DNA of 64,000 nucleotides, taken from the IMG/VR virus record IMGVR_UViG_3300044846_005309, positions 1 to 64,000 of that record, one strand, 5' to 3'. This document shows positions 18,525 through 28,516 of the stretch, piece after piece. The translations under genes were made by a program, and so were the position numbers. This DNA comes from a virus. Position 1 is the first letter of the stretch. Each line of letters starts with the position of its first letter. The notes under the pieces were generated by a model. The model searched no databases. It worked only from the letters and a program-made list of their open reading frames with translations, and was not told where the DNA came from.

Positions 18525-20177
18525 TTAAGATTCACAACTATAACACGTTAAGATAGAACGAGCTAGCTCTTGAGCGGGATTTGCTGAGCGTTGATAATAA
18601 AGGCTCTTAATACCGTTTTCCCAAGCAAATATAAGCAAGTCGTTTACATCCTTTGGCTTAGTATTGGGTGGTACCATTAAGTTAAGGGATTGACCTTGAT
18701 CGATATACTTCTGGCGAGCAGCTGCCTGAATAACGATTTCTTTTTGACTGATTTCACCGAATGTCTTAAACACGTCCTTTTCTTCTTGAGAAAGAAACTC
18801 GAGATGCTGAACGGATCCGCCTTTTACAAGTATAGACTTCCAAGTGCTATCTGTATTTTTGTCTTTCTTTTCGAGAAGCGCTTCAAGGTAAGGGTTTTTA
18901 TAAGTGAATTTACCCTTAGCGAGATCCTTTACAAAGTAGTTCGAATTAAGAGGCTCTACTGAAGGAGATGCTTGGCCAAGTATAAATGAACTTGAGGTAG
19001 TAGGCGCAACAGCAAGCGTAGTTACATTGCGACGCTTGTATCCTTTCAACAAAGGCGGCTCTCCAAGCAGAGTAGCTAGCTTTTCAGTAGCTTCATCAGC
19101 TCTAGCACGCACAAACTTCCAAATACGATTATTGAGAAGCTTAGCTTCCATAGACTCAAACGCAATCATATTAGACTGTAGATAAGTATGCCAACCGAGT
19201 GCGCCAATACCAAGAGCTCTTTGATTGATAGCAAAGTTTCTCGGATGAGCCATAAACTTCATCTTTTCAGTCTTATTAATAAACTCAGTCATTACCGAGT
19301 CAAGGAAGTAAACAAGAGTCTCTACAGCATCTGTATCTTTCCATTCGTCCCACTTTTCGAAATTGAGCGAGGAAAGATCGCATACAAACGACTCATCAGT
19401 ACCGTTTGAAAGCATAATTTCAGTACAGAGGTTGCTGTGATGAATTTTAAGATTCTTATCCTTATACACTTCAGGGGCCTGCTTATTAGCATTATCCGTA
19501 AAGAAGATATAAGGGTAGCCCGACTCAAACCGCTTCTTAATAACTAGTCCCCAAATGCGACGCTTTTCCTTATCTCCGTCAACCATCTCCTTAAACCATT
19601 TATCGTCTACGCATACCCCTATAGAAAGGTTTTGAATAGTATCTCCTTCTTTACGAATGTTAAGAAACTCTTCAATGTCTTTATGATCGACGGGTAGATA
19701 TGCAGCAAATGACCCACGACGGACATTACCCTGAGAAATATAATCGGTAAGAGATTCAAACACTGTAAGCTGGTGATGTACCCCGGTTGATTCTCCGCCA
19801 GAGCTAATCTTAGCTCCACGTGGGCGTATAGCTCCAAAGAAACCGGAAGTACCGCCACCGGCCTTGGACATAGTTCCTACCTCTGAAATCTTATACAAGA
19901 TAGCGTCCATGTCGTCGTCGACATATGAACCGAAGCACGAGATTGGTAGCCCACGCTTACGACCAAAGTTTGCCCAAATAGGAGAAGCAAGGGAATAGAA
20001 TCCCTTGTGCATATACTTCTCAAATCTGTCCGCAAACCCTTTCATGTCAAGATATTTCTCTGCAGCTTCTGCGATATCTCTAATACGTTGTTCCGCTGTC
20101 TCATCTTCTAGAAGATAGCCACGAGCGAGAAACTTTCTTGAGTCGGTATTCAGCCAATAAATGTCCTTGTTAGTCAT
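18525..20177 (-). CDS. nrdA: Ribonucleotide reductase class I alpha subunit (short, no ATP cone)
   Basis: 'PISCF', 'SNLCTEI', 'AVAPTTSSS', 'KSLYY', C-terminal CxxC. Confidence 0.95.
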   Translation of the reverse strand: MTNKDIYWLNTDSRKFLARGYLLEDETAEQRIRDIAEAAEKYLDMKGFADRFEKYMHKGFYSLASPIWANFGRKRGLPISCFGSYVDDDMDAILYKISEVGTMSKAGGGTSGFFGAIRPRGAKISSGGESTGVHHQLTVFESLTDYISQGNVRRGSFAAYLPVDHKDIEEFLNIRKEGDTIQNLSIGVCVDDKWFKEMVDGDKEKRRIWGLVIKKRFESGYPYIFFTDNANKQAPEVYKDKNLKIHHSNLCTEIMLSNGTDESFVCDLSSLNFEKWDEWKDTDAVETLVYFLDSVMTEFINKTEKMKFMAHPRNFAINQRALGIGALGWHTYLQSNMIAFESMEAKLLNNRIWKFVRARADEATEKLATLLGEPPLLKGYKRRNVTTLAVAPTTSSSFILGQASPSVEPLNSNYFVKDLAKGKFTYKNPYLEALLEKKDKNTDSTWKSILVKGGSVQHLEFLSQEEKDVFKTFGEISQKEIVIQAAARQKYIDQGQSLNLMVPPNTKPKDVNDLLIFAWENGIKSLYYQRSANPAQELARSILTCYSCES

Positions 20178-20208
20178 AAAGCGTAAATTCTACTTATAAC
20201 CGGTTTAA

Positions 20209-21180
20209 TTAAAATATATCGTCTTCTGAAAAGCTTTGAGACTTTTTTGAATACTCGACAGGGCGAGAGTGAAAGAAGTCGGTCATATTATTACCGAGAA
20301 GCTCTTCATTGAACCATTGCGTCTCTTTAAGCAGTTTAGGGTCTGTATCAAAGGCCGCAGGAAAGTTAACTCCGCGGAGAGATTCATTAATACGGTCCTT
20401 AATAAACTCTTTAAGGTGGGCGGCAGTAAGACCTTCTTCCTTCACGCCATTGACCATCCAGTCAACAATCTTAGCTTCACTATTATAAGCTTCAATTGCT
20501 TCAGACAAAATTCTCTCTTCAAGCTCCTTATCAAAGAGTTCTGGGTACTCTTCTCTAATGGTGTTAATAATCTTCATACCAACAAGAGCGTGTATGTTTT
20601 CTTCGTTGCGCGTGTACTTAACTTGCTGGTCGGTGTCTTTGAGAACATTTTTATTACGCGCGAACCAGTTAATAATATAAAACTGGCTCATTAGCGAAAC
20701 GTTCTCTACGAAAAGCGTAAAGAGAATAATCGCATAAAGGTATTGCTTTCTAGAATCCTTATAATATCGATGTGTGTACTTCTTGAGATACTTTACACGT
20801 CCCTGAATCCATTCAAGCTTAAGATTTTCTTCAAATACATCTTCTAGCTCAAGCACGGTGAGAAGTCTTTCATAAGCGTTATTATGAATGACTTCTGTAT
20901 TAGCCATAACATATCCAAGATCTTGTAAAGCAGGGTGCGGGAGATTTTCCCCAAGCTTAGCCCAGAAGGTCTTTACTGCGACCTCTATTTGCCCAATAGC
21001 TGATAGAGTACGAATAATGATCTCTCTTTCTTGTTCAGTAAGATTAACCTTAAACTGCTGTACGTCGGATTTAAAACTGAATTCTTTATCAGTCCAGAAA
21101 CCATTATGCATGGATTCAATAAAATCTTCGGTCCAGGGATAGCGATTAGGCTTACGAGAGATCTGTTCGTCGAAAATCAT
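20209..21180 (-). CDS. nrdB: Ribonucleotide reductase class I beta subunit
   Basis: Di-iron motifs 'EVIHNNAY', 'FVEN', 'NEENIH'; C-terminal 'DFFHSRPVEY'. Confidence 0.95.
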   Translation of the reverse strand: MIFDEQISRKPNRYPWTEDFIESMHNGFWTDKEFSFKSDVQQFKVNLTEQEREIIIRTLSAIGQIEVAVKTFWAKLGENLPHPALQDLGYVMANTEVIHNNAYERLLTVLELEDVFEENLKLEWIQGRVKYLKKYTHRYYKDSRKQYLYAIILFTLFVENVSLMSQFYIINWFARNKNVLKDTDQQVKYTRNEENIHALVGMKIINTIREEYPELFDKELEERILSEAIEAYNSEAKIVDWMVNGVKEEGLTAAHLKEFIKDRINESLRGVNFPAAFDTDPKLLKETQWFNEELLGNNMTDFFHSRPVEYSKKSQSFSEDDIF

Positions 21181-21252
21181 AGGTATATTATTTAGAATAG
21201 TGTATACTCTTTTTTCTTATTTTCTCGGTTCAAAATAACTTTTCTAATTATT

Positions 21253-22023
21253 TCATTTTGAGTTACTATACAGATTTAGCTTTTTAACAATGAATTTTAC
21301 AATTTCACTACGAACTATATCCTCTTCTGTAAGATAAAAAACATGAATACCTTGTTTACGACTTTCTTCATCGTTAAACACATTACACATTTTTTCAAAA
21401 CCTGACTTACCATTAATATCTGATTGCATAGGATCACCACAAACAAAAAGTTTACTGAAATGTCCTACACGAGTTAAAAGAGTGGTAAGTTCTTTAAACG
21501 TACTGTTTTGAGCTTCATCCATTATAATGCCTTTAGCATTCCAGCTTAAACCGCGAAGATACCCTGTAGGTTTGCCGTCTATCCGTTTTTCTTTTATCAA
21601 TGCATTGACATCTGCTGCAAATAAAAGCTCATCCAATTTTTCCATTAGTGGCTCAAGATACGGGGTCAATTTTTCTTCAGCATTACCGGGAAGATACCCA
21701 AGTTTGTTGTCGCTACTTTCTACTATACTGCGTATGTATATTAAATCACTAACTTTTTTAAGATTCATTAGCTCAAGTACAGCTAAAGTAGCTAAAAAGC
21801 TTTTACTGCTTCCAGATGGGCCTGAAAGAAATATAACTTTAGTATTATTATCTAAAGCTAATTTGAGGAAGTCTTTTTGTTTGTTTGTTAAATCCGGTCT
21901 TTGTCGTATAGTTACCGGTCTTTCTAGTTTTTGGGCCTGATGGACTATTGGACTTTTGTCTTTGGCATTTTCGTTATTGTGAGCTTGTTGTTTCTGTTTC
22001 TGTAAACGTTTTTTCTTACTCAT
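21253..22023 (-). CDS. phoH: PhoH-family ATPase
   Basis: 'GPSGSSKS', 'LGYLPG', 'YLRG', 'MDEAQN', 'GDPMQSD', 'DIVRS'. Confidence 0.95.
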   Translation of the reverse strand: MSKKKRLQKQKQQAHNNENAKDKSPIVHQAQKLERPVTIRQRPDLTNKQKDFLKLALDNNTKVIFLSGPSGSSKSFLATLAVLELMNLKKVSDLIYIRSIVESSDNKLGYLPGNAEEKLTPYLEPLMEKLDELLFAADVNALIKEKRIDGKPTGYLRGLSWNAKGIIMDEAQNSTFKELTTLLTRVGHFSKLFVCGDPMQSDINGKSGFEKMCNVFNDEESRKQGIHVFYLTEEDIVRSEIVKFIVKKLNLYSNSK

Positions 22024-22058
22024 CTATTTATATTTACTAATAAAGATAAATAATATAT

Positions 22059-22370
22059 ATGTTTAAAAAATTTGATGCTAAAGTTAATAATCTTTTAAAA
22101 GAGTTTACAGAGTCTTTTCCAGTGGAAGTACAAGAAAAGAAAGGGGCTCGCTGTACTAAGGCAACCGGGCAGCAAACATCGACTCGCTCAGATAAAAAAT
22201 ATATGCGCTGTACTCGCGTAGGGGGTAAACTTAAAAGAGTACATTACGGAGATCCTAATTTACGTATTAAAAAATCGAATCCTAAAAAGCGTAACGCGTT
22301 TAGAAAACGTCACAAATGTTCTACTGCTAAACCTGGCACTCCGAAATTCTTTAGTTGCAAAAACTGGTAA
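22059..22370 (+). CDS. Basic hypothetical protein (conserved phage type), possible head-internal protein
   Basis: 'GDPNLRIKKSNPKKRNAFRKRHKC...SCKNW'; TAAATA at 22047-22052. Confidence 0.75.
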   Translation: MFKKFDAKVNNLLKEFTESFPVEVQEKKGARCTKATGQQTSTRSDKKYMRCTRVGGKLKRVHYGDPNLRIKKSNPKKRNAFRKRHKCSTAKPGTPKFFSCKNW

Positions 22371-22389
22371 CCTATTTTAAAATAGGTAT

Positions 22390-23487
22390 ATGTATGATTA
22401 CCTGATTGTTGGTTCAGGTTTATTTGGTTCTACGTTTGCATATGAAGCAACAAAACGTGGTAAATCTTGTATTGTTTTAGAAAAGCGAGCACATATAGGC
22501 GGTAATGTATATACACGAGAAGATAGTGGTATACATATACATGAGTATGGCATACACGTGTTTCATACTTCTAATAAAGAGATTTGGGATTATGTAAATC
22601 AGTTTGCTAAATTTAATAATTTTATTAACAGGCCCCGGGTAAGTTATAAAAATAAAATATACTCGTTTCCTATTAATCTTCTTACTTTACATCAACTCTG
22701 GAAAGTTAATACGCCAGAAGAAGCAATAAATAAGCTTAATGACAGTAAGATTAAAATTGATAACCCCTCTAATTTAGAAGAGTGGTGCTTGTCTGAAATC
22801 GGTACAGAATTATATGAAACTTTTATTAAAGGCTACACGCAGAAACAGTGGATGACTGATCCTAAAAATTTGCCTACTTTTATAATTAAACGCATACCTA
22901 TACGTACAAACTTTGATGATAATTATTATTTTGATACATATCAAGGCGTACCGGAAGGTGGCTATACTCAAATATTTGAAAAAATGCTTTACGGTTCGTG
23001 TGTATTACTTAATACAGACTATTTTGCTAACAAAACTATGTGGGATGCCCACGCTAAAAAAGTTATCTATACTGGCCCTATAGACGAGTATTTCAACTAT
23101 TGTTATGGAGACTTAGATTATCGCACAACTAAATTCGAACATATAAAGTTAGACAAGGTTAAAGACTATCAAGGGGTAGCACAAGTAAACTATACAGACT
23201 TAGAAACCCCATATACTCGAATTATTGAGCATAAGCACTTTGAATTTGGTAAACAGGATTATACAGTTATAACAAAAGAGTACCCTGATGAGTGGTGTAG
23301 ATCTAAAATACCCTACTACCCAATTAATAATGGAAAAAACAATGCTCTTTATAAAAAATATAAAGAACGGGCTGACCAAGAAAAGAATATAATTTTTGGC
23401 GGTCGTTTAGCTGAATATAGATATTACGATATGCATCAGGTTATAGGGGCCGCGTTGCATTTAGCTAAACAAGAACTTGATAAATAA
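22390..23487 (+). CDS. glf: UDP-galactopyranose mutase
   Basis: 'YDYLIVGSGLFG', 'HIGGN', 'HEYGIHVFHT', 'GRLAEYRYYDMHQVI'. Confidence 0.97.
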   Translation: MYDYLIVGSGLFGSTFAYEATKRGKSCIVLEKRAHIGGNVYTREDSGIHIHEYGIHVFHTSNKEIWDYVNQFAKFNNFINRPRVSYKNKIYSFPINLLTLHQLWKVNTPEEAINKLNDSKIKIDNPSNLEEWCLSEIGTELYETFIKGYTQKQWMTDPKNLPTFIIKRIPIRTNFDDNYYFDTYQGVPEGGYTQIFEKMLYGSCVLLNTDYFANKTMWDAHAKKVIYTGPIDEYFNYCYGDLDYRTTKFEHIKLDKVKDYQGVAQVNYTDLETPYTRIIEHKHFEFGKQDYTVITKEYPDEWCRSKIPYYPINNGKNNALYKKYKERADQEKNIIFGGRLAEYRYYDMHQVIGAALHLAKQELDK

Positions 23488-23519
23488 GAAACCCGCCCAT
23501 TTCTGGGCGGGTTCTTTTT
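23488..23519. terminator. Terminator between convergent glf and gp23 (probably bidirectional)
   Basis: aacccgccca-tttc-tgggcgggtt stem flanked by A/T-rich runs. Confidence 0.85.
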
Positions 23520-23544
23520 AAAACACCTCTTAGGTGTAGTATTC

Positions 23545-24993
23545 TTAGAGGAATACTGACTGCGTACCTGGTGTGAAGGATGTACCTAGACCAGTTACAA
23601 TGATGAGGTGGTAATAGAGGTTTGCACCAAAGATGTGGTCAATGACGCCGTAACGGGTCATTAAGCCTACACGTGGAGCAAAGTCATTAGGACCGATGGT
23701 GCGTTGTACCAATACTGGGATGTATGGGCAGTAAACGATACCAGTGTCATAATACTCAGTACCCTTGTAGCCGAGAAGTGCATACTCAAGAACAGTACCG
23801 CGGGTACCTACTTGGTATTGAGCTTCAGTGCGTGTATCGCGGTAAACGTTGAAACGTCCGCCTACGGTACCAACCTTAGCGATGCCAACAGGTTGTGTGT
23901 TGACATTGCCTTGTACTGGGAACCATTGGAACTCAGGAAGCATTTCAAGCATTGCGCAAACACGTGGGGTAGCAACGATGAAGTTTGCAGCGCCACGACG
24001 GTTACGGATAGCAACGCGATTTGCCTCAACGATTAAGCGGGCATAGAAGTCGCGATTGCGCTCACCTAACCAACGGCCGTCAGCAGAAACTGGAGACCAT
24101 ACTGAGTAACCCTGACCAAAGCCTGCATTGATTGCAACTTGGCACATACGGATTACCATTTCACGGTCAATTTCAGCCTGAATTTCGTAGCTCATTGCGT
24201 TTGTGAGCTCGTTATCGATGTCGATACCGTTCATGTTCTTGAGGTCTTGCTCAAGTTCGACGGACCAACGAGCTGCTAGACGACGGGTACCAGCTTCAAC
24301 TGCTGTCTTTTCGAAAGCTACAACCATCTGTGGGATGTTTGAGCTTAATTCGAAGTTAGCAAGAAGATTTGCTACACCCTGGTCGTTTCCAACGATGTTG
24401 AAGGCTTCGGAACCGGTGATTGCTGTTGCACCACCTGAGAGCCAGCTTGCGGATGTACCGGTAAAGCGGGTGTTAAGGTAGTTCCAACCTACTTCAGTTC
24501 CATCAGATGCTACTGTCCAACCCTGTGGGGTATTGGAAGCGGCACCGTAAGCGCCGTCTGGACTTGTTGCACCGAGAGGATCTGACTCGTACTTATAGCG
24601 GAGAGCGAAGGCTAGGCCTACTGGACCGCTCATTGGCTGTACACCTACGATTTCGTTGGTGATAAGCTCTGGGAAAGTACGACGGATCATCGGGATGAGG
24701 ATCTTTGGTAGGCGAGCGTCACCAGTAGCGTAGAAGTCGCTAGATGGTCTACCACCAAAGCCCATGGAAGCTGTACTACCGAATACGCCACCGGCGCCTG
24801 CAGTGTTACTTGCTTCGTTTAAGCACCACTGCTCTTGGTTCTCAAGAAGAATGGCGGTATTTAGACGTGTGTGATCGTCCTTGATTGCTGGAGTTGCTTC
24901 ATCAGCATGATCGAGCAACGGGGCCCACTTTTTGAGAAGGCTTGCGGCACGATCTTGATTGATGTAAGATTGTGAAGGTTTAACTTGTTTCAT
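23545..24993 (-). CDS. gp23: Major capsid protein (T4 gp23-like)
   Basis: 'KKWAPLL', 'AILLENQ', 'GVQPMSGPVGLAFALRY', 'ELEQDLK', 'EIDRE', 'YCPYIP', 'TRYG'. Confidence 0.98.
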   Translation of the reverse strand: MKQVKPSQSYINQDRAASLLKKWAPLLDHADEATPAIKDDHTRLNTAILLENQEQWCLNEASNTAGAGGVFGSTASMGFGGRPSSDFYATGDARLPKILIPMIRRTFPELITNEIVGVQPMSGPVGLAFALRYKYESDPLGATSPDGAYGAASNTPQGWTVASDGTEVGWNYLNTRFTGTSASWLSGGATAITGSEAFNIVGNDQGVANLLANFELSSNIPQMVVAFEKTAVEAGTRRLAARWSVELEQDLKNMNGIDIDNELTNAMSYEIQAEIDREMVIRMCQVAINAGFGQGYSVWSPVSADGRWLGERNRDFYARLIVEANRVAIRNRRGAANFIVATPRVCAMLEMLPEFQWFPVQGNVNTQPVGIAKVGTVGGRFNVYRDTRTEAQYQVGTRGTVLEYALLGYKGTEYYDTGIVYCPYIPVLVQRTIGPNDFAPRVGLMTRYGVIDHIFGANLYYHLIIVTGLGTSFTPGTQSVFL

Positions 24994-25057
24994 AACTAAA
25001 TGTTTGTTTTAACTGACATACCTCAAGTACTTGACAGTACTTCAACGTTTGAAATAA

Positions 25058-25063
25058 TACTTA
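25058..25063 (-). promoter_or_regulatory. Late promoter TAAGTA for gp23
   Basis: tactta immediately downstream (in - orientation) of the gp22 terminator. Confidence 0.6.
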
Positions 25064-25065
25064 TT

Positions 25066-25094
25066 AAAAAAGCCCTCATTTCTGAGGGCTTTTT
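25066..25094 (-). terminator. Rho-independent terminator after gp22
   Basis: aaaaagccctca-tttc-tgagggcttttt, GAAA loop on the - strand. Confidence 0.85.
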
Positions 25095-25115
25095 GCAACT
25101 TTTTTATTTAGCTTT

Positions 25116-26063
25116 TTAATAAAGCTTTTTAGTCAATTCGCTTACGTAGGCTTTTGCAACGAAATCCGCTCCATCAACGTCAGCGGAAGAAAAAGACTTA
25201 GATTCGTTAAGTGTTTCTTTCTTTTCAGTACCTACATCTACACCTTTCGACTTTGGTGAGGTGGATTCTCTAAGAACCTCAACATCGTCGGATTCTTTCT
25301 TATCGTACATTTCAGATACGTAATTAAAGTTTTCTTTAATTGAACTTAAAGACTTTTCAGAAAGAACACGTTGCATATACTCTTTCTTAGCAGCTGGGAA
25401 GTTTTCAAGTTTCTTTTCTAAGAAAAGATTCTTTTCAGCAACTGCAGCCTTCTCAGTAATAAGTTTAAGTTGTTTTTCGACTTCAGATGTTCTAACATTA
25501 GCTTCGTCAATCTGCTTCTTTCCGTCTAGTAGAGCTTCTTTAATACTTTCGTTTACAAATTCATCACTTAATCCTACAAGGCGCTTTACTTCATTTACAA
25601 TTTTACGGGAACGAGCATTTTCAGTAGCTTCACGAATTTGCTCGGCAGGAATAGCTTTATCAATATAAAGATCGATATAATTTGAAAGCTGTTCAACTAA
25701 TGTATTCTTAAACTGCTCAGCTTCATTCTTAAGGGCATTTTCATAGAGCTTTACAAGCTTTACTAGCTTTACACTATGGGTTTCGTCGAGAGTCTGCATA
25801 ACATGCTGGAACTTAGCAGCATGAGATTCATCAATACGCGCCACAATTTTATCTAACTTCTCAGTATGATCGGCATCAATGGCTTCTAATACCTTTTCAA
25901 GTTTATTTGCATACTCTTCGTCTTGCTTAACAAGGGCTGATTCAACGGCTAGTTGTACCTTTTCTTCAGCTTTCTTTTCTACAGCTTCAGCAATGGCCTT
26001 GAGGCTTTCCTCGGATAAAAGGTCCTTAGTTGCTTCCTTTAAAAGATTGGTGATGTCGTTCAT
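25116..26063 (-). CDS. gp22: Prohead core scaffold protein (T4 gp22-like)
   Basis: Acidic coiled coil with LxE motifs; lies between gp21 and gp23. Confidence 0.85.
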   Translation of the reverse strand: MNDITNLLKEATKDLLSEESLKAIAEAVEKKAEEKVQLAVESALVKQDEEYANKLEKVLEAIDADHTEKLDKIVARIDESHAAKFQHVMQTLDETHSVKLVKLVKLYENALKNEAEQFKNTLVEQLSNYIDLYIDKAIPAEQIREATENARSRKIVNEVKRLVGLSDEFVNESIKEALLDGKKQIDEANVRTSEVEKQLKLITEKAAVAEKNLFLEKKLENFPAAKKEYMQRVLSEKSLSSIKENFNYVSEMYDKKESDDVEVLRESTSPKSKGVDVGTEKKETLNESKSFSSADVDGADFVAKAYVSELTKKLY

Positions 26064-26109
26064 ATGGTATAGAATTATTTATGGAAACCGGGCTTAGTTT
26101 ACAATATGT

Positions 26110-26262
26110 TTACTTATTATTTGTAAGTTTAGAGTTAGCGGTTTGTATACGAGCCTTTAATTTTTCATTAACAACCGCGGATAAAAAATTATTAGCTTCC
26201 TTAAAGTTATTGTTTGATACACTTTGTACAAACTTAATGATATTAGCTTTTTGTTGGTTCAT
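26110..26262 (-). CDS. Small 50-aa protein between gp21 and gp22 (possible gp67-like prohead core protein)
   Basis: Read by hand: MNQQKANIIKFVQSVSNNNFKEANNFLSAVVNEKLKARIQTANSKLTNNK*; ATG lies 1 nt after the gp21 stop. Confidence 0.65.
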   Translation of the reverse strand: MNQQKANIIKFVQSVSNNNFKEANNFLSAVVNEKLKARIQTANSKLTNNK

Positions 26263-26263
26263 A

Positions 26264-26923
26264 TTACTTTAAACTGTTAATAAACTTAAGAATGTTTTCT
26301 CTTAAATACATATCTACGTCTTTACGTGGTAATTTAGAAAGAGCGGTTTCGAGCTTATCGTATACTTCTTCAAACCTACCGTCGGTACTAATGATAAAGC
26401 TTTTTGACTCTAAAATACCATTAACAAATGCGCCCGGAGCGGAAGGATCAGCTACCGCATCAACGCAAATAAGTTTCATATTTTTGACGTAGTTAACTCC
26501 TCCCTTGTCTTCTAGTTGGCCTAATGCTCGAGAAGACATACCCATTTTAACACCGTCAAGAATTAAAGATCTCATTATTTCGCCCATTGGGGTGCGAAGT
26601 ATTTTACTTTTACCTTTAACAATATTATCATCCATTCTGAGCTCGGTTACCATATGACATGCGCGTTCGCTGTTTACTGTTGCGCTTTGTGGATGCTCAA
26701 GTTCTCCTAACGCGCGGTTTTTAGTGACGAATTCTTCATTATATCTAGCTACTTCTTTAGCCATTTCATCTCTACTATAAATACGATTGTTGCGGTTTTT
26801 TTCATCAGCAACCATATATACACCCGTGATGTATATATTAGAAGGCTTGTCCTTATTACCTTCTTCAATAAGAACGTCCAATCCTTCAGTAATAGGGGTT
26901 TGAGTAATGAGTTTTAAAACCAT
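26264..26923 (-). CDS. gp21: Prohead protease (T4 gp21-like)
   Basis: 'KNRNNRIY', 'RALGELEHP', 'GMSSRALG', 'DAVADPSAPGAFVNGILE'. Confidence 0.97.
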   Translation of the reverse strand: MVLKLITQTPITEGLDVLIEEGNKDKPSNIYITGVYMVADEKNRNNRIYSRDEMAKEVARYNEEFVTKNRALGELEHPQSATVNSERACHMVTELRMDDNIVKGKSKILRTPMGEIMRSLILDGVKMGMSSRALGQLEDKGGVNYVKNMKLICVDAVADPSAPGAFVNGILESKSFIISTDGRFEEVYDKLETALSKLPRKDVDMYLRENILKFINSLK

Positions 26924-26944
26924 CAATATTATTTAGTCAAATTA

Positions 26945-26972
26945 TTGCATTTTCTATGTAGTTTTGTATAAT
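26945..26972 (+). promoter_or_regulatory. Sigma70-type promoter
   Basis: TTGCAT-N16-TATAAT, ending 7 nt before ATG 26980. Confidence 0.55.
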
Positions 26973-26979
26973 ATTGACA

Positions 26980-28035
26980 ATGATAGCAGAAAACGTGACC
27001 GCTACAGTTTCTACAAAAGGTCGTTTTAATACTACTTTGCCTCTAGTGTTGACGTCGCTTGCAAACCAAACCGTAAAGCCGAGTACGCTGTTTATTTACG
27101 ATGATAATCCAACTCTAGAGGATTTGCGAAATAACGATATATACAAAAATTTATTTACCCTTTTAAATAGAGTCGGTATTAATTGGGAAGTAAAAGTAGG
27201 CGGTAGAGTAGGTCAAGTAATTAACCATAACCGTGCTTTGGAAGAAGTAAAAACAGATTGGATATGGCGGTTAGATGATGATAATATAATGGAAGCTAAT
27301 ACTTTACAAAGATTAAGCGAGTTTGCGTTCAATAATACTAAAATTGGCGCAGTAGGACCATTAATACTAGATCCTAAGAATACTTTTGCATATAGCGCAT
27401 TAGGTTCTAACAAAATAGAAGATATTTTTATAGGTTTAAATATCCAGTGGATGGAAAAGCATGCTCAGAAAGTAATAGATGTTGATCACTTGCAAGGTAG
27501 TACGTTTTTGTTTCGTAAAGAAGCTGGTAAGCATGGATATGACTCTAGATTGTCTAAAGTAGGTCACAGAGAAGAAACAATTTTTACCCATGAAATGAAA
27601 AGAGCTGGTTGGAGATTGTCAGTATTAACTGACGTAAAAACATGGCATATGCGGTACGGAGCAGGGGGTATACGCAGTCAAAATGAAGCTAAGTTTTTTG
27701 AACAAGATGAAAAAGTATTTTATGAGTATTTAAAAAAATGGAAAGTGCCTATAGCTAAGATTAAAGTAATACCTCTAGATGGCGGTATAGGAGATCACTA
27801 TGCATTCCGTTCAACTGCACTACCTGCAATAAAGAAAAAATATTTCGATCATAGAATTATTATTGGAGCATGCTATCCTGAAATATTTGAAGAAGATGTA
27901 GGAATTGAAATTGTTAGTTTAGCTGAATCTTGTATGTTGGTTAATAAGGATGAAAATAATATTTACGCTTGGATGGACAAGCATAATTGGAGTAAAACAT
28001 TGGGGGAAGCATATAAAACAAAATACACTTCATGA
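26980..28035 (+). CDS. GT2-family glycosyltransferase with a C-terminal GT9-like half-domain
   Basis: 'FIYDD', 'WIWRLDDD', 'GHREET'; C-terminal 'GGIGDHYAF'. Confidence 0.8.
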   Translation: MIAENVTATVSTKGRFNTTLPLVLTSLANQTVKPSTLFIYDDNPTLEDLRNNDIYKNLFTLLNRVGINWEVKVGGRVGQVINHNRALEEVKTDWIWRLDDDNIMEANTLQRLSEFAFNNTKIGAVGPLILDPKNTFAYSALGSNKIEDIFIGLNIQWMEKHAQKVIDVDHLQGSTFLFRKEAGKHGYDSRLSKVGHREETIFTHEMKRAGWRLSVLTDVKTWHMRYGAGGIRSQNEAKFFEQDEKVFYEYLKKWKVPIAKIKVIPLDGGIGDHYAFRSTALPAIKKKYFDHRIIIGACYPEIFEEDVGIEIVSLAESCMLVNKDENNIYAWMDKHNWSKTLGEAYKTKYTS

Positions 28036-28502
28036 AAACAGTTTTGATAAGCCCATACGCGCAACTACTACGAAACGGAAAAGAGAATCCAAAAAACTTT
28101 CCTTATTGGATTGAATTAGTTTCGTTATTAAACAATAGTGGTTTAAAGTTAATACAAATAGGTGCTAATAAAGACAATTCTATACCAGGTATAATGGATT
28201 TCAGGCAAGAGTTAAAATTATCTCAAATAAGAAAAATTTTAGAAGAATGTGATACATGGATTTCAGTTGATAGCTTTTTACAGCATATGAACCATAATTA
28301 TAACCGCAAACAAGGGGTTGTAATATTTTCTCAGTCTAATCCTGACATATTTGGATATAAAGAAAACATTAATTTACTTAAACATAAAAAATATCTAAGA
28401 GAGAAGCAATTTTGGCTGTGGGAACAATGCGAATACAATAAAGACGCGTTTGTTACTGCTGAAGCCGTGCATGCTGCAGTATTAAAAGTATTACGGATGT
28501 AG
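28032..28502 (+). CDS. GT9 (heptosyltransferase-like) C-terminal half-domain protein
   Basis: 'KNFPYW..LV..L', 'LIQIG', 'WISVDSFLQH', 'GVVIF'. Confidence 0.7.
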   Translation: MKTVLISPYAQLLRNGKENPKNFPYWIELVSLLNNSGLKLIQIGANKDNSIPGIMDFRQELKLSQIRKILEECDTWISVDSFLQHMNHNYNRKQGVVIFSQSNPDIFGYKENINLLKHKKYLREKQFWLWEQCEYNKDAFVTAEAVHAAVLKVLRM

Positions 28503-28516
28503 TAAATATTGTAGAT

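Noticed and set aside
18525-21180. Introns, inteins or homing endonucleases in nrdA/nrdB (also checked pol, gp46, helicases)
   Set aside because: Proteins are of compact length with contiguous motifs; no insertion seen.
26081-26272. 63-aa + strand ORF
   Set aside because: The - strand 50-aa ORF fits the gp21-gp22 operon and is coupled to the gp21 stop.
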